The notes below the pieces were generated by a model, which was not told the DNA's origin, ran no database searches, and worked only from the letters and a program-made list of their open reading frames with translations. This document shows, piece after piece, positions 38,305 to 47,583 of a stretch of 64,000 nucleotides of DNA (position 1 is its first letter; each line of letters starts with the position of its first letter). The position numbers and the translations under genes are program-made. Source of the DNA: an uncultured Chloroflexia bacterium (GTDB taxonomy: Bacteria > Chloroflexota > Anaerolineae > Anaerolineales > Villigracilaceae); contig CAVSAF010000023.1 of assembly GCA_963725805.1 (NCBI GenBank), positions 88,201 through 152,200 of the forward strand, written 5' to 3'.

Positions 38305-39942
38305 ATGAATGCTGAGTCAAAAGTGAGTTTGCCTGGTTTCGTGCAGCCGATTCTTCGACGCCTCCAGACGGCTTCAAAGAGCCTGATGAATGACTGGCAG
38401 GTCATCCGCATGGCACGGCAGGTGGCAAGTCATGCCAGGGGAAACCGGGAAAGGCTGCCGGTGGTATTTTTTAATGCATCCACGCGTATCCGCGGAAACA
38501 GCCAGAACGCGGCTTTTTCATTGCTGGCATCCTGGGTGGTGCGGCTGGCTGGAGTAAGGGTCGTCCATTTTATCTGCTGGGCTGGGATGAGTCGTTGCGT
38601 TCTGGGTACGGATCAGGATGACCCTGAAAAGGCCATGCCGTGTTCAATGTGCATTCGCCAGTCAAAGGTGAACACCACCGCTGCGGAGGTGCGCCCGTTT
38701 TCCTATCAACAGGATAACCAACTGGCTGCGGCCCTGCAGTCCCTGAGTTTGAATGAACTCCTGCAGTACGAACACCCCTTTCCGGATTCTGCCGGGTCCA
38801 TCCCGCTGGGCAGGCTGGTCATGCCTTCCTTGCGGTGGAGATTGCGTCTCCAGACCCTGACCGATGACCAGGCGACCCGCTTCATCTGCCGCGAGTTCAT
38901 GCTCTCAGCCTGGAATGTGGCTCGTAAATTCAGTTACTTGTTGGAAAATGTCAAACCTCAGGCTGCCGTCCTGTTCAATGGGATGCATTTCCCTGAAGCC
39001 ACCGCAGCCTGGCTGTGCCGCCAGCGCGGTGTGCGCGTTATCACCCACGAGTCGGGCTTCCAGCCATTCAGCGGATATTTCGTGGAAGGCGACGTCACTG
39101 CTTATCCCATCACGATCCCTGACGTGGACCTCACCCCGGAACAGAACACCCGCCTGGACGTGGACCTGCAGAAACGCACGCAGGGAGACTTCAGCATGGC
39201 TGGTATTCAGTTCTGGAAGGCGATGCACAGTCTGCCGGATGAGCTTGTGCGAAAAGCTGCCGGGTTCAAGCAGGTGGCGGCGGTCTTCACCAACGTCATC
39301 TTTGATACCACCCAGTTGCACGCCAACGTGATCTTCAAAGACATGTTCACCTGGCTGGATGCCCTGCTGGAGGTTTTTAAGGCTCACCCGGAGACGCTCT
39401 TCGTGGTGCGCGCCCATCCCGACGAGGCCCGCCCGGGCAAACGCAGTCGCGAGTCTGTCGAGATGTGGTTTCAGCAGAAGGCCGCCTTCCTCCCCAATGC
39501 GGCCTTTATCCCGCCTCAGGAGCGCATCAGTTCGTATGAACTGATCAGGCTGTCCAAATTCGTGCTGACGTATAACTCGCAGATCGGACTGGAGTCTTTG
39601 TTGATGGGTATTCCTGCCTTGGGCGCGGGCCAGGCCCCATTCGTGGGATACGGAACGGTCTATTTCGAACGGGATCGGGAAGCTTATCTACGCAGGTTGG
39701 AATCCTTTTTATCGGCAACCCGGCTGGAGGTCCCGCAGGAGGCAGTCAGGCGAACCCGGCGCTTCATGTACTATCGTTATTATCGCTTTTCCCTGCCGTT
39801 TGGCGAATATATTGAGTCCACTGCCCCGACTGGATATGTGCGCCTGAAAAAATTTTCCCGGCGCTCTTTGGAGAAATCGCCCACCGCCCGTGCCTTGCAG
39901 AACGGCATTCTGCAAGATGGAAATTTCCTTCTGATGGAATGA
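38305..39942 (+). CDS. KpsC/KpsS (Capsule_synth)-like GT-B protein with a Cys4 insert; candidate ulosonic acid transferase
   Basis: Homologous to 17637..19229 (VAAVFTNVIFDTTQL...ETLFVVRAHPDE...SYELIRLSKFVLTYNSQIGLESLLMGIPALGAG). It has a unique C-x6-C-x14-C-x2-C at aa 91-116 (38575..38652). Confidence 0.45.
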   Translation: MNAESKVSLPGFVQPILRRLQTASKSLMNDWQVIRMARQVASHARGNRERLPVVFFNASTRIRGNSQNAAFSLLASWVVRLAGVRVVHFICWAGMSRCVLGTDQDDPEKAMPCSMCIRQSKVNTTAAEVRPFSYQQDNQLAAALQSLSLNELLQYEHPFPDSAGSIPLGRLVMPSLRWRLRLQTLTDDQATRFICREFMLSAWNVARKFSYLLENVKPQAAVLFNGMHFPEATAAWLCRQRGVRVITHESGFQPFSGYFVEGDVTAYPITIPDVDLTPEQNTRLDVDLQKRTQGDFSMAGIQFWKAMHSLPDELVRKAAGFKQVAAVFTNVIFDTTQLHANVIFKDMFTWLDALLEVFKAHPETLFVVRAHPDEARPGKRSRESVEMWFQQKAAFLPNAAFIPPQERISSYELIRLSKFVLTYNSQIGLESLLMGIPALGAGQAPFVGYGTVYFERDREAYLRRLESFLSATRLEVPQEAVRRTRRFMYYRYYRFSLPFGEYIESTAPTGYVRLKKFSRRSLEKSPTARALQNGILQDGNFLLME

Positions 39943-40024
39943 CTTGCATGGAAACCACTGGGCGTTTTTTTGATTGGAAGCATTCATAATAGCGTGACAT
40001 CATGATTTACAGAGGACCTTTGCG

Positions 40025-41723
40025 TTGAAACGGAATCCAGCCATGTTCCTGTTTGCTATCGTCCTCAGCTTCCTTTACGGTGTGATTGCCGTCAGCCAAA
40101 TTCTGGGGATCCTGGGGATCTATAAAGCCTTCCTTGTCATACCCCTGGCGCTGCTCCTGGGAGGCACGGTCTTCTACCTTTTTATACGGATCGGCAAGCC
40201 ATTCAACGATTCTTTTATCAAACCCTCCAAACTTCCAAGAAACCTTTGGTTGCCTTTGGCGTTTCTGGCCAGTGGATTGGCCTTGTATATCTTGTTGGTC
40301 TTCTTTCCCCTGGCGCATTGGCCATATTCACCCATTTCCAATGTGCTGCCTTGGGATGCCGGCCTGTACCATTTCCCAAAAGCTGCGGAGATGATATCCA
40401 CCGGGTCCGCCTGGGACCTTAGTATTTCTTATGGGGAATATCCTTTTGGCTACGAGTCTCTGGTTGCATTCGCACTTTCCCTCAACCACCCCGGCTTCTT
40501 GATCGGGTCTGTCCATGCTTTGCTATCCTTATTCCTCCTGCTTTCCATGGCGCTTTTGGTTGTGCGCTATACCCGGTTGCCCCTGGCTCCCGTTATCCTC
40601 TTGATCAGCCTTCTTTTCCTGGGATATCAATTGGCCCGGGGATTTGACAGCAATATCTGGTGGATCTTTTGGTCGCAAATCACTTTAATAGGGAAAAATG
40701 ACCTATTCCTGGGCGCTTCGCTCCTGGCAGTCCTTTTATTCACCCCGTTCTCCCGGGAAGGTCCATTCTTTCCATTTGGACTTGCACTGGCGAGTGCCCT
40801 GGCCATCAGCGTCAAGCCGAATGCGGCTCTGGTGATTTTGTTCGCCTGGCTGATAATGTTTTTCTTTATCTGGCGGTCAGGCCAGTTTGGCAGGTACCGT
40901 TGGCAGCTTATCGGCAGTGCAATTGCCATTTTGCCGGGGGCATTGTGGATTTATAGGAACCTGGTTTTACAGGGAGTCCTTTTCAGCCAGGCTTCCCTGG
41001 TCGCCTCAAAATGGAGCATTGCCAGCAACCTGACCAATCCGTTTTTTTATCATTACATTCCTAGAAACCTTTACTATGTTTTGGGCATCATTGCCGTCTC
41101 TGTTGTAGTCTCAATATTCCGACCGGCTCTGCGGTTTTATTGCCTGGCTGCTCTTGTGCTGTTGGTCACTTTTGCATTTACTCCTGCCTCGGCTTTCTTC
41201 CGCGATACCGGGGTGCCTGCCCAAATCGCCTGGCGGTTTGCGATTGCATTGCTGGCCTATCTTTTCGTGCTCCTCCTGGCGCTTTTTGAGCCAATCATCA
41301 TTCCGGTATATGCCTGGATTTCCAGGAAGGTGGTCCTATCCATCCTTCTTGCAGTCGGGGTGCTTGCCTTCGGCGGGTGGGGGGTATGGTCGCAGAGAGA
41401 TCTATTGAGTACCCATGCTCGGAATGCGATCGTTCTGCACGACCAATTTCTGCACACCTGTCGGCGTGGATGGTTATTACAGTGCCTACGATTATGTCCA
41501 GAAAAATGTTCATAACTCGGTGGTCATTACTGAAAATGGTTTACCGTACTACCTGTATGACGCAGGATTTACCAATACTGTCACCCGCTCCCGTCCGGCT
41601 GACTATGTTGTCTACCTTAAAGACCCGGGTGGTTATCCTGGTGCGCTTGACCAGCCGGATTGGTCGGCGGTTTGGCAATTGGTCTATAAAGACTCACAAG
41701 GTAGAGTCTATCAACGAAAATGA
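40025..41723 (+). pseudogene. Polytopic GT-C-like membrane protein whose C-terminal soluble domain is in the +1 frame (disruption between 41409 and 41515)
   Basis: ORF 40025..41515 ends in an implausible Cys/Arg-rich tail (LHTCRRGWLLQCLRLCPEKCS). The overlapping +1 frame, open from 41409, reads a well-formed domain PVGVDGYYSAYDYVQKNVHNSVVITENGLPYYLYDAGFTNTV...WQLVYKDSQGRVYQRK ending at 41723. Confidence 0.6.
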
Positions 41724-41794
41724 AATCCGGAGCGTGCTTGATGGGCAGTGCCAAGGTCTCGCCCTCAGGGTCGATTCGGTATAATGAGTGATCT

Positions 41795-42463
41795 ATGACA
41801 AAACTCGCAGCCCTTGTTCCAATGCGCCACCATTCGCAGCGGGTTCCCGGCAAGAACTTCCGCTCGCTGGCGGGTAAGCCACTCTACCAGCACATTATCG
41901 AGACTCTGCTGTCAGTTCCGGAGATTTCCACCGTCGTTGTGGATACTGATTCTGACCCGATTATGGACGGTCTTGGGCGGGATTTTCCCCAGGTGATTAT
42001 TCTGCCACGCCCGGAGAATCTTAGAGCAGACGCCATCTCCATGAATGAGATCCTTCTCTACGATACCTCCCGGGTCGAAGCTGATTTTTACCTCCAAACC
42101 CACAGCACCAATCCGCTGCTGCGCCCGGAGACCATCTCGAAAGCCGCCCAGACTTTTCTGGCCAATTATCCTGTGTATGACTCGCTCTTCTCGGTGACGC
42201 GGCTTCATACCCGTTTATATGACCAGGCCGGAAATGCCCTCAACCACGATCCCAACGTCCTGCTCCAGACTCAGGACCTGCCGCCGGTCTTTGAAGAGAA
42301 CTCCTGCATCTATATTTTTACCCGCGAAAACCTGGAAAGACGCCGCAACCGTCTGGGTGAGCACCCGTTCATGTACGAAATGGACCCTGGCGAAGCCTGG
42401 GATATTGACGAAGAGTTGGATTTTGCCATCACCGGCTTTCTGATGCAGCACCGTATGAAATGA
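41795..42463 (+). CDS. NeuA/KdsB-family cytidylyltransferase, copy 3 (divergent)
   Basis: AALVPMRHHSQRVPGKNFRSLAGKPLYQHII...VVVDTDSD is a CTP_transf_3-type P-loop with His/Gln substitutions relative to copies 1 and 2. Confidence 0.7.
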   Translation: MTKLAALVPMRHHSQRVPGKNFRSLAGKPLYQHIIETLLSVPEISTVVVDTDSDPIMDGLGRDFPQVIILPRPENLRADAISMNEILLYDTSRVEADFYLQTHSTNPLLRPETISKAAQTFLANYPVYDSLFSVTRLHTRLYDQAGNALNHDPNVLLQTQDLPPVFEENSCIYIFTRENLERRRNRLGEHPFMYEMDPGEAWDIDEELDFAITGFLMQHRMK

Positions 42464-42513
42464 ATTCATCCCACAAGAGATTAATAATATCCTCTTGAAT
42501 TGAGATCATCTTG

Positions 42514-44046
42514 ATGAAAAAACTGTTCAAGGCTTTTAACATTCCCTGGTATTTTGTATTTTTTGCTGCTTACCCGGTCCTGGCACTGCTCTCTCATAAC
42601 ATTTCGCAGGTCCGCTATACCGCCGGTATTCGGCCGCTGATCGTTTCGGTGGCAGCCGCCTTGTTGCTTTTCCTGCTTTTCCGGCTGCTCTATCGGAACT
42701 GGCACCGGGCGGCTTTCGCCACAAGCGCGATTTCGGTGCTGTTTTACACCTACGGTCACGTTTTTGACCTGCTACAAAACAACAAATGGAAAATCCCGCT
42801 TCCTGCCTGGCTGGGTGGATTGTGGCTTGTCCTCACGATCCTGGCATTGATCTGGGCAGGGCGACCTTCGAGCCACTTCCAGAATGCCGCGCTGACGCTG
42901 AATATCATCTCGCTTGGCCTGGTGTTGTTCGCGGCCGGTCAGGTGGTCAGGCGATCGATTCCGCCGGTTGCGCAGGCAGCTCAACCGGTTGACCCAAACG
43001 CCCCGATCCAGGCGCTTCAGGTCCCCAACGGGCAGATTCCGCCGGATATTTACTATTTCATCCTTGATTCGTATGGCCGGTCTGATCTTTTGAAGAACAA
43101 TTTTCAATATGACAATAGCGCATTTATATCAGACCTGGAGAAGATGGGGTTCTACATAGCGGAATGCAGCCAAAGCAATTATCCTCGCACGGATATCTCG
43201 CTGGGGTCTTCATTAAATTTGGATTATCTTCAAAACCTGAACGACAAGTTCACTCCCAAAAATGAGGATCGCACGCAGCTATGGGAGTCCATTCTCCATA
43301 GTACCGTTCGTTACGAGTTGGAGAGCGCTGGTTATCGAACGGTTGCATTTGCCAGCGGCTTTGCTTTTACAGAAATTACAACAGCCGATATGTATCTTTC
43401 ACCCTCGCCGGTATGGTCAGCGATGACTGAGTTCGAAACCTTGCTCCTTCGTACCACCCCGGCACGCCATCTGGAGGATCTTGGCCTGGTCGATCTTGGT
43501 CAGATTGACGGCCAGCGCTACCGGGACCGCACCCGGCTGGTATTGGGCAGCATGGGCAGGCTGGCGCACATGCCTGGTCCCAAGTTCGTTTTCATTCATC
43601 TTATTCAACCCCACCCTCTTTTTGTATTTGGGCCGGATGGGTCGCCCACCAATCCCGCTCCTTTCATGGATGCCAACGGTATTTACTCGCAGGAGAACTA
43701 TTCCAAAGGATATCGTAATCAGGTGGAGTTTATTTCCAGCCAATTGGAAAAAGCTATAACGACCCTTCAGGCTGGTTCCGCCACGCCGCCCATAATCATC
43801 CTCCAGGGCGACCATGGCCCCTGGCTTCAGACGGGCAGCGACGAATTTAAAATCCTTAACGCGTACTACCTGCCCGGCCATAATAACCTGCTCTATCCGA
43901 CCATTTCGCCAGTCAATACTTTCCGTCTGATATTTGACACTTATTTGGGAGCAGATTATCCTTTATTGGAAGATCTAAGTTACTCATCGCCCGTTCCGTT
44001 CGTTTTCAATTTCTCTCCAGCCCCGAATCCCTGTTCAGATCATTAG
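42514..44046 (+). CDS. Membrane-anchored sulfatase/alkaline-phosphatase superfamily transferase (LtaS / phospho-headgroup transferase-like), copy 1
   Basis: About 5 N-terminal TM helices, then IYYFILDSYGRSD (metal/nucleophile region) ...FVFIHLIQPHPLFVF...IIILQGDHGPW. ATG 42514 (ORF track TTG 42511). Confidence 0.6.
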   Translation: MKKLFKAFNIPWYFVFFAAYPVLALLSHNISQVRYTAGIRPLIVSVAAALLLFLLFRLLYRNWHRAAFATSAISVLFYTYGHVFDLLQNNKWKIPLPAWLGGLWLVLTILALIWAGRPSSHFQNAALTLNIISLGLVLFAAGQVVRRSIPPVAQAAQPVDPNAPIQALQVPNGQIPPDIYYFILDSYGRSDLLKNNFQYDNSAFISDLEKMGFYIAECSQSNYPRTDISLGSSLNLDYLQNLNDKFTPKNEDRTQLWESILHSTVRYELESAGYRTVAFASGFAFTEITTADMYLSPSPVWSAMTEFETLLLRTTPARHLEDLGLVDLGQIDGQRYRDRTRLVLGSMGRLAHMPGPKFVFIHLIQPHPLFVFGPDGSPTNPAPFMDANGIYSQENYSKGYRNQVEFISSQLEKAITTLQAGSATPPIIILQGDHGPWLQTGSDEFKILNAYYLPGHNNLLYPTISPVNTFRLIFDTYLGADYPLLEDLSYSSPVPFVFNFSPAPNPCSDH

Positions 44047-44053
44047 CCTTCCT

Positions 44054-45010
44054 ATGCCAACCATTCTTTTTTCTGCCCCTTACATGCTCTCTTCCCTTGA
44101 CCGATTCCGCCCGGTGTTCGATCAATATGGGTTGGATCTGATTACGCCGGAGGTCCACGAACGGCTTGAAGAAGCCGACCTGCTGAAATATGCCGGTCAG
44201 TTTGATGGAGCCATTTGCGGCGACGATCGATACACCTCCCGCGTGCTCGAGAAATGTACCCCGCGCTTGAAAGTCATCTCCAAGTGGGGTACTGGCATCG
44301 ATTCGATCGACGCAGTTGCCTGCACTCGCCTGGGCATAAAACTCTGCCGCACAATCAATGCCTTTACCTTGCCCGTGGCTGATACGGTGATGGGATACCT
44401 GCTGGCTTTCACCCGCCGCCAGCCATGGATGGACAAAGCCATGAAAGCCGGCGTATGGGATAAAATTCCCGGCCGCGCCTTGCATGAGTGCACGCTGGGG
44501 GTTATCGGAATCGGTAATATCGGTAAGGCTCTGACCCGTCGGGCGCGTGCCTTTGGAATGACCATCTATGGAAACGATATTGTTGAGATTGATCATGTTT
44601 TTATCGCCGAGACCGGCATCCAGATGGTCACTCTCGAGGCGCTTCTCTCAGCTTCTGACTTTGTTTCTGTTAATTGTGATTTGAATCCGACCAGTCACCA
44701 TCTCATTAACGCCCGTACATTGAGTTTGATGCGCAAGCATGCGGTGCTTATTAACACCGCACGTGGTCCCATCGTGGAGGAGACCGCTCTGGTGGCGGCG
44801 TTGAATGCGGGTACAATTGGCGGCGCTGCCCTGGATGTGTTCGAAGTCGAGCCGCTGCCAGATGCCAGTCCTCTCAAGCGGATGGACAACGTCCTGCTTG
44901 CCCCGCACAATGCCAATTCCAGCCCGGCAGCCTGGGAAAGGGTCCACTGGAATACGATCAAGAATCTGGTGGAAGGGCTGGGAATTCCATATCCGGGAAT
45001 GGATTCTTAA
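44054..45010 (+). CDS. D-isomer-specific 2-hydroxyacid dehydrogenase (PGDH/glycerate dehydrogenase-like)
   Basis: GVIGIGNIGKALTRRARAFGM NAD-binding motif, ...LINTARGPIVEE...LDVFEVEPLP...LLAPHNA. Confidence 0.8.
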   Translation: MPTILFSAPYMLSSLDRFRPVFDQYGLDLITPEVHERLEEADLLKYAGQFDGAICGDDRYTSRVLEKCTPRLKVISKWGTGIDSIDAVACTRLGIKLCRTINAFTLPVADTVMGYLLAFTRRQPWMDKAMKAGVWDKIPGRALHECTLGVIGIGNIGKALTRRARAFGMTIYGNDIVEIDHVFIAETGIQMVTLEALLSASDFVSVNCDLNPTSHHLINARTLSLMRKHAVLINTARGPIVEETALVAALNAGTIGGAALDVFEVEPLPDASPLKRMDNVLLAPHNANSSPAAWERVHWNTIKNLVEGLGIPYPGMDS

Positions 45011-45066
45011 CCTGATTCACGTGAGGCAAATTTGACACAAGGTACACCGTTGTTGGAAGCGATTGA

Positions 45067-46647
45067 ATGAAAGCTTTTCTTAAAGGGTTTCCCTGGTACT
45101 ATGTTTTAATCAGTATTTTCCCTCTACTGTTTTTGTGGAGGCTAAACGTTTTTGAGATTTCTACTTCTGTAGTTTTGCGTCCTTTCCTGGTCACTTTGTT
45201 GGGATCAGCGCTCATCATTGGTATTCTCTTTATAGTTGTTCGAAATGTGGGGAGAGCCGCGTTGATAGGGAGTTTGATTCTGGTGGCTTTCTTTTCATAC
45301 GGTCACGTTTACTATGAAGCCCGTACTTCGCCGGCGTTGAGGATTTTCAGCCATCACAGCACTTTAATTCCCATTTATCTGGTTGTCTTCGGCCTTGGTA
45401 TTTGGGGAATAATGCGAATCAAAAAATATGAGAAGGTGAGCCGTTATCTAAATATAGTGAGTCTGGTACTGGTTGTAATCCAGGTTGCTCAATTGAGCTA
45501 TTCATATATGGGAGCGTTTTATGGAGCTCACCGTCCGGTGACATTGCAGTCTGGCCTGACAGTTACGACTGCCCGCAGGGATTTGCCGGATATATATCTT
45601 ATTGTCTTGGATGGATATGCACGCGCAGATGCAATGCAGCAGGATTTGGGGTTTGACAACACACAATTTATTGAACAGTTGAAACAGATGGGGTTTTATG
45701 TGGCACGCTGCAGCCGCCCCAATTATCGATTCACTTTGGGCTCCATCGCCTCAACATTGAACATGAAATATATCCCCGGGGCGTATGCAGAAGATTTTTA
45801 TGGAAGTACTTTTTGGAGCAATATCAAGAACAATGAGGTGCGTCGTCAATTGGAAAGCGTTGGTTATAAAACTGTGTCTTTCCTGGGAGATGACCCAAGG
45901 GTTGCTTTTGATGATGCAAATATCCTTTTTGCAGTGGACCGTCCGGCAATGGATTTTGGATACTTATATTCATTTGAGGCCATGTACGTTAAAAGTACCG
46001 CGGCGATTATTCTGACAGATCTGGAATCCAAATTGAAGATATCTCAAAACTTTGACCGGAATTCCTCCAGTCAGCAAACCACCTCGGTGGATTTTTCCGG
46101 TATGGGTCCAGCCAACAGCGATCTTATCAGGGAGCATGTTACTGCGCAGTTGTTTTTTCTTGATAAACTACCTACGGTTCCTTCCATTGAAGGACAAAAA
46201 TTTACCTACGTTCATATCACCATGCCGCATTTTCCGTATGTCTTCAATCCAGACGGCAGGATGTTGACTGATCCCGGTTATTATGGTGGAGATCGCGGAG
46301 ATGCGGTGAACGCTGAATATCAAAAACAAGGCTATATTGATCAGGTGAAATATATTAACAAGCGAATTATCCCCATCCTGCAGACGATAATCCATGCATC
46401 AAAGACACCTCCCATTATCGTTCTTATGGGTGACCATGGTTTGAGAGGTAACAACCGCTTTGCAAATTTGAATGCCTATTATTTACCGAAAGGATATAAG
46501 GATTTGTACGAATCCATCACTCCTGTCAATTCATTCCGCATAATCCTTAATGAATACTTTGGTGCCAATTACCCCTTGTTGCCCGACGTAACATACGAAG
46601 CTGATGCTTTGATCGTCAATGAGACATATCCGGGCTGTACGCCATAA
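45067..46647 (+). CDS. Membrane-anchored sulfatase-superfamily transferase (LtaS-like), copy 2, AT-rich
   Basis: Same architecture as 42514..44046 (IYLIVLDGYARADAM...FTYVHITMPHFPYVF...IIVLMGDHGLRG...NAYYLP...ITPVNSFRIILNEYFGANYPLL). The hand-counted line 45121-45180 is 38% GC, against 57% for 44101-44160. Confidence 0.6.
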   Translation: MKAFLKGFPWYYVLISIFPLLFLWRLNVFEISTSVVLRPFLVTLLGSALIIGILFIVVRNVGRAALIGSLILVAFFSYGHVYYEARTSPALRIFSHHSTLIPIYLVVFGLGIWGIMRIKKYEKVSRYLNIVSLVLVVIQVAQLSYSYMGAFYGAHRPVTLQSGLTVTTARRDLPDIYLIVLDGYARADAMQQDLGFDNTQFIEQLKQMGFYVARCSRPNYRFTLGSIASTLNMKYIPGAYAEDFYGSTFWSNIKNNEVRRQLESVGYKTVSFLGDDPRVAFDDANILFAVDRPAMDFGYLYSFEAMYVKSTAAIILTDLESKLKISQNFDRNSSSQQTTSVDFSGMGPANSDLIREHVTAQLFFLDKLPTVPSIEGQKFTYVHITMPHFPYVFNPDGRMLTDPGYYGGDRGDAVNAEYQKQGYIDQVKYINKRIIPILQTIIHASKTPPIIVLMGDHGLRGNNRFANLNAYYLPKGYKDLYESITPVNSFRIILNEYFGANYPLLPDVTYEADALIVNETYPGCTP

Positions 46648-46716
46648 ACATAAAAGAGATGATCATATCTGAATGCCGTGAAAGCCAGGTCGTTGGAGAA
46701 GATTCCCGATTTTGTC

Positions 46717-46746
46717 TTGAAGGAGGGCACACTTTGGGTGTATAAC
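46717..46746 (+). promoter_or_regulatory. Candidate promoter TTGAAG-18 nt-TATAAC
   Basis: TTGAAG at 46717..46722 and TATAAC at 46741..46746, in the 128-bp gap before the SDR gene. Confidence 0.25.
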
Positions 46747-46775
46747 CAGGATGCGAATCCCACAGAGTGTGATCA

Positions 46776-47570
46776 ATGGAAAGCATGAACGGAGGTCGTG
46801 AAATGGTAGATCAACCTGCCAGGACTGTTCTCGTCACGGGCGCAGGCCGTGGAATTGGCCGCGCGACATTATTCCTCTTTGCTGAAAAAGGCTGGAAAGT
46901 CATCGGCCTGGATAGGAATCCCTTCCAGGGAGATTTTCCCGCCGGCGGGCTCTTCATACAATGTGAAGTCGCCCGGCCCGAATCCATGCAGCCGCTCTTC
47001 CAGCAGGTACAGGCTTTTACAACGACCCTGGACGCACTCGTGAACAATGCAGCCATCCAGGTGGCCAAACCTCTTGTCGATACTACTGTCGAAGAATGGG
47101 ATTTTGTCATTGCCAATAATCTACGTCCGGCCTTCCTGCTTGCCAGGCTGGCCTTCCCACTTTTCAAAGCGGCGGGTGGTGGAGCGATTGTCAACGTTTC
47201 TTCTGTCCATGCTGTGCAGACTTCGACGAATATTGCTGCCTATGCTGCCAGTAAGGGCGGTCTGCTGGCCTTGACGCGCGCCATCGCCATCGAGTTTGCC
47301 AGCGATAACATCCGGGTGAATGCTGTCCTCCCCGGGGCGGTGGATACACCCATGCTGCGCGCCGGGTTGGAGCGCGGCCACCTTGCCGGGGAGGATGTCT
47401 ATACCCGGTTGGATAACCTGGCCCGCAAGACTGTCAACGGGCGTATCGGCAAGCCGGAGGAAATAGCCCATGCGATCTATTTCCTGGCGGATAATACGCA
47501 ATCCTCCTTCATGACTGGTCAGGCCATAATTGTGGACGGCGGCGCGACAGCCAGGCTGAGCACCGAGTAA
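46776..47570 (+). CDS. Short-chain dehydrogenase/reductase (SDR)
   Basis: VLVTGAGRGIGRA, NNAAI, SSVHAV...YAASKGG (YxxxK), LPGAVDTPM. Alternative start ATG 46803. Confidence 0.8.
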   Translation: MESMNGGREMVDQPARTVLVTGAGRGIGRATLFLFAEKGWKVIGLDRNPFQGDFPAGGLFIQCEVARPESMQPLFQQVQAFTTTLDALVNNAAIQVAKPLVDTTVEEWDFVIANNLRPAFLLARLAFPLFKAAGGGAIVNVSSVHAVQTSTNIAAYAASKGGLLALTRAIAIEFASDNIRVNAVLPGAVDTPMLRAGLERGHLAGEDVYTRLDNLARKTVNGRIGKPEEIAHAIYFLADNTQSSFMTGQAIIVDGGATARLSTE

Positions 47571-47583
47571 TAGAGTAATCAAC

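Noticed and set aside
39943-40024. T7 run (about 39966..39972) after 38305..39942 as a possible intrinsic terminator
   Set aside because: I could not find a convincing GC-rich stem immediately upstream of the T run, only 3-4 bp pairings, so I did not call it.
41780-41785. TATAAT only 9 nt upstream of the ATG at 41795 as a promoter
   Set aside because: There is no acceptable -35 box at 16-18 nt, and the position would imply an almost leaderless transcript. The evidence is insufficient.
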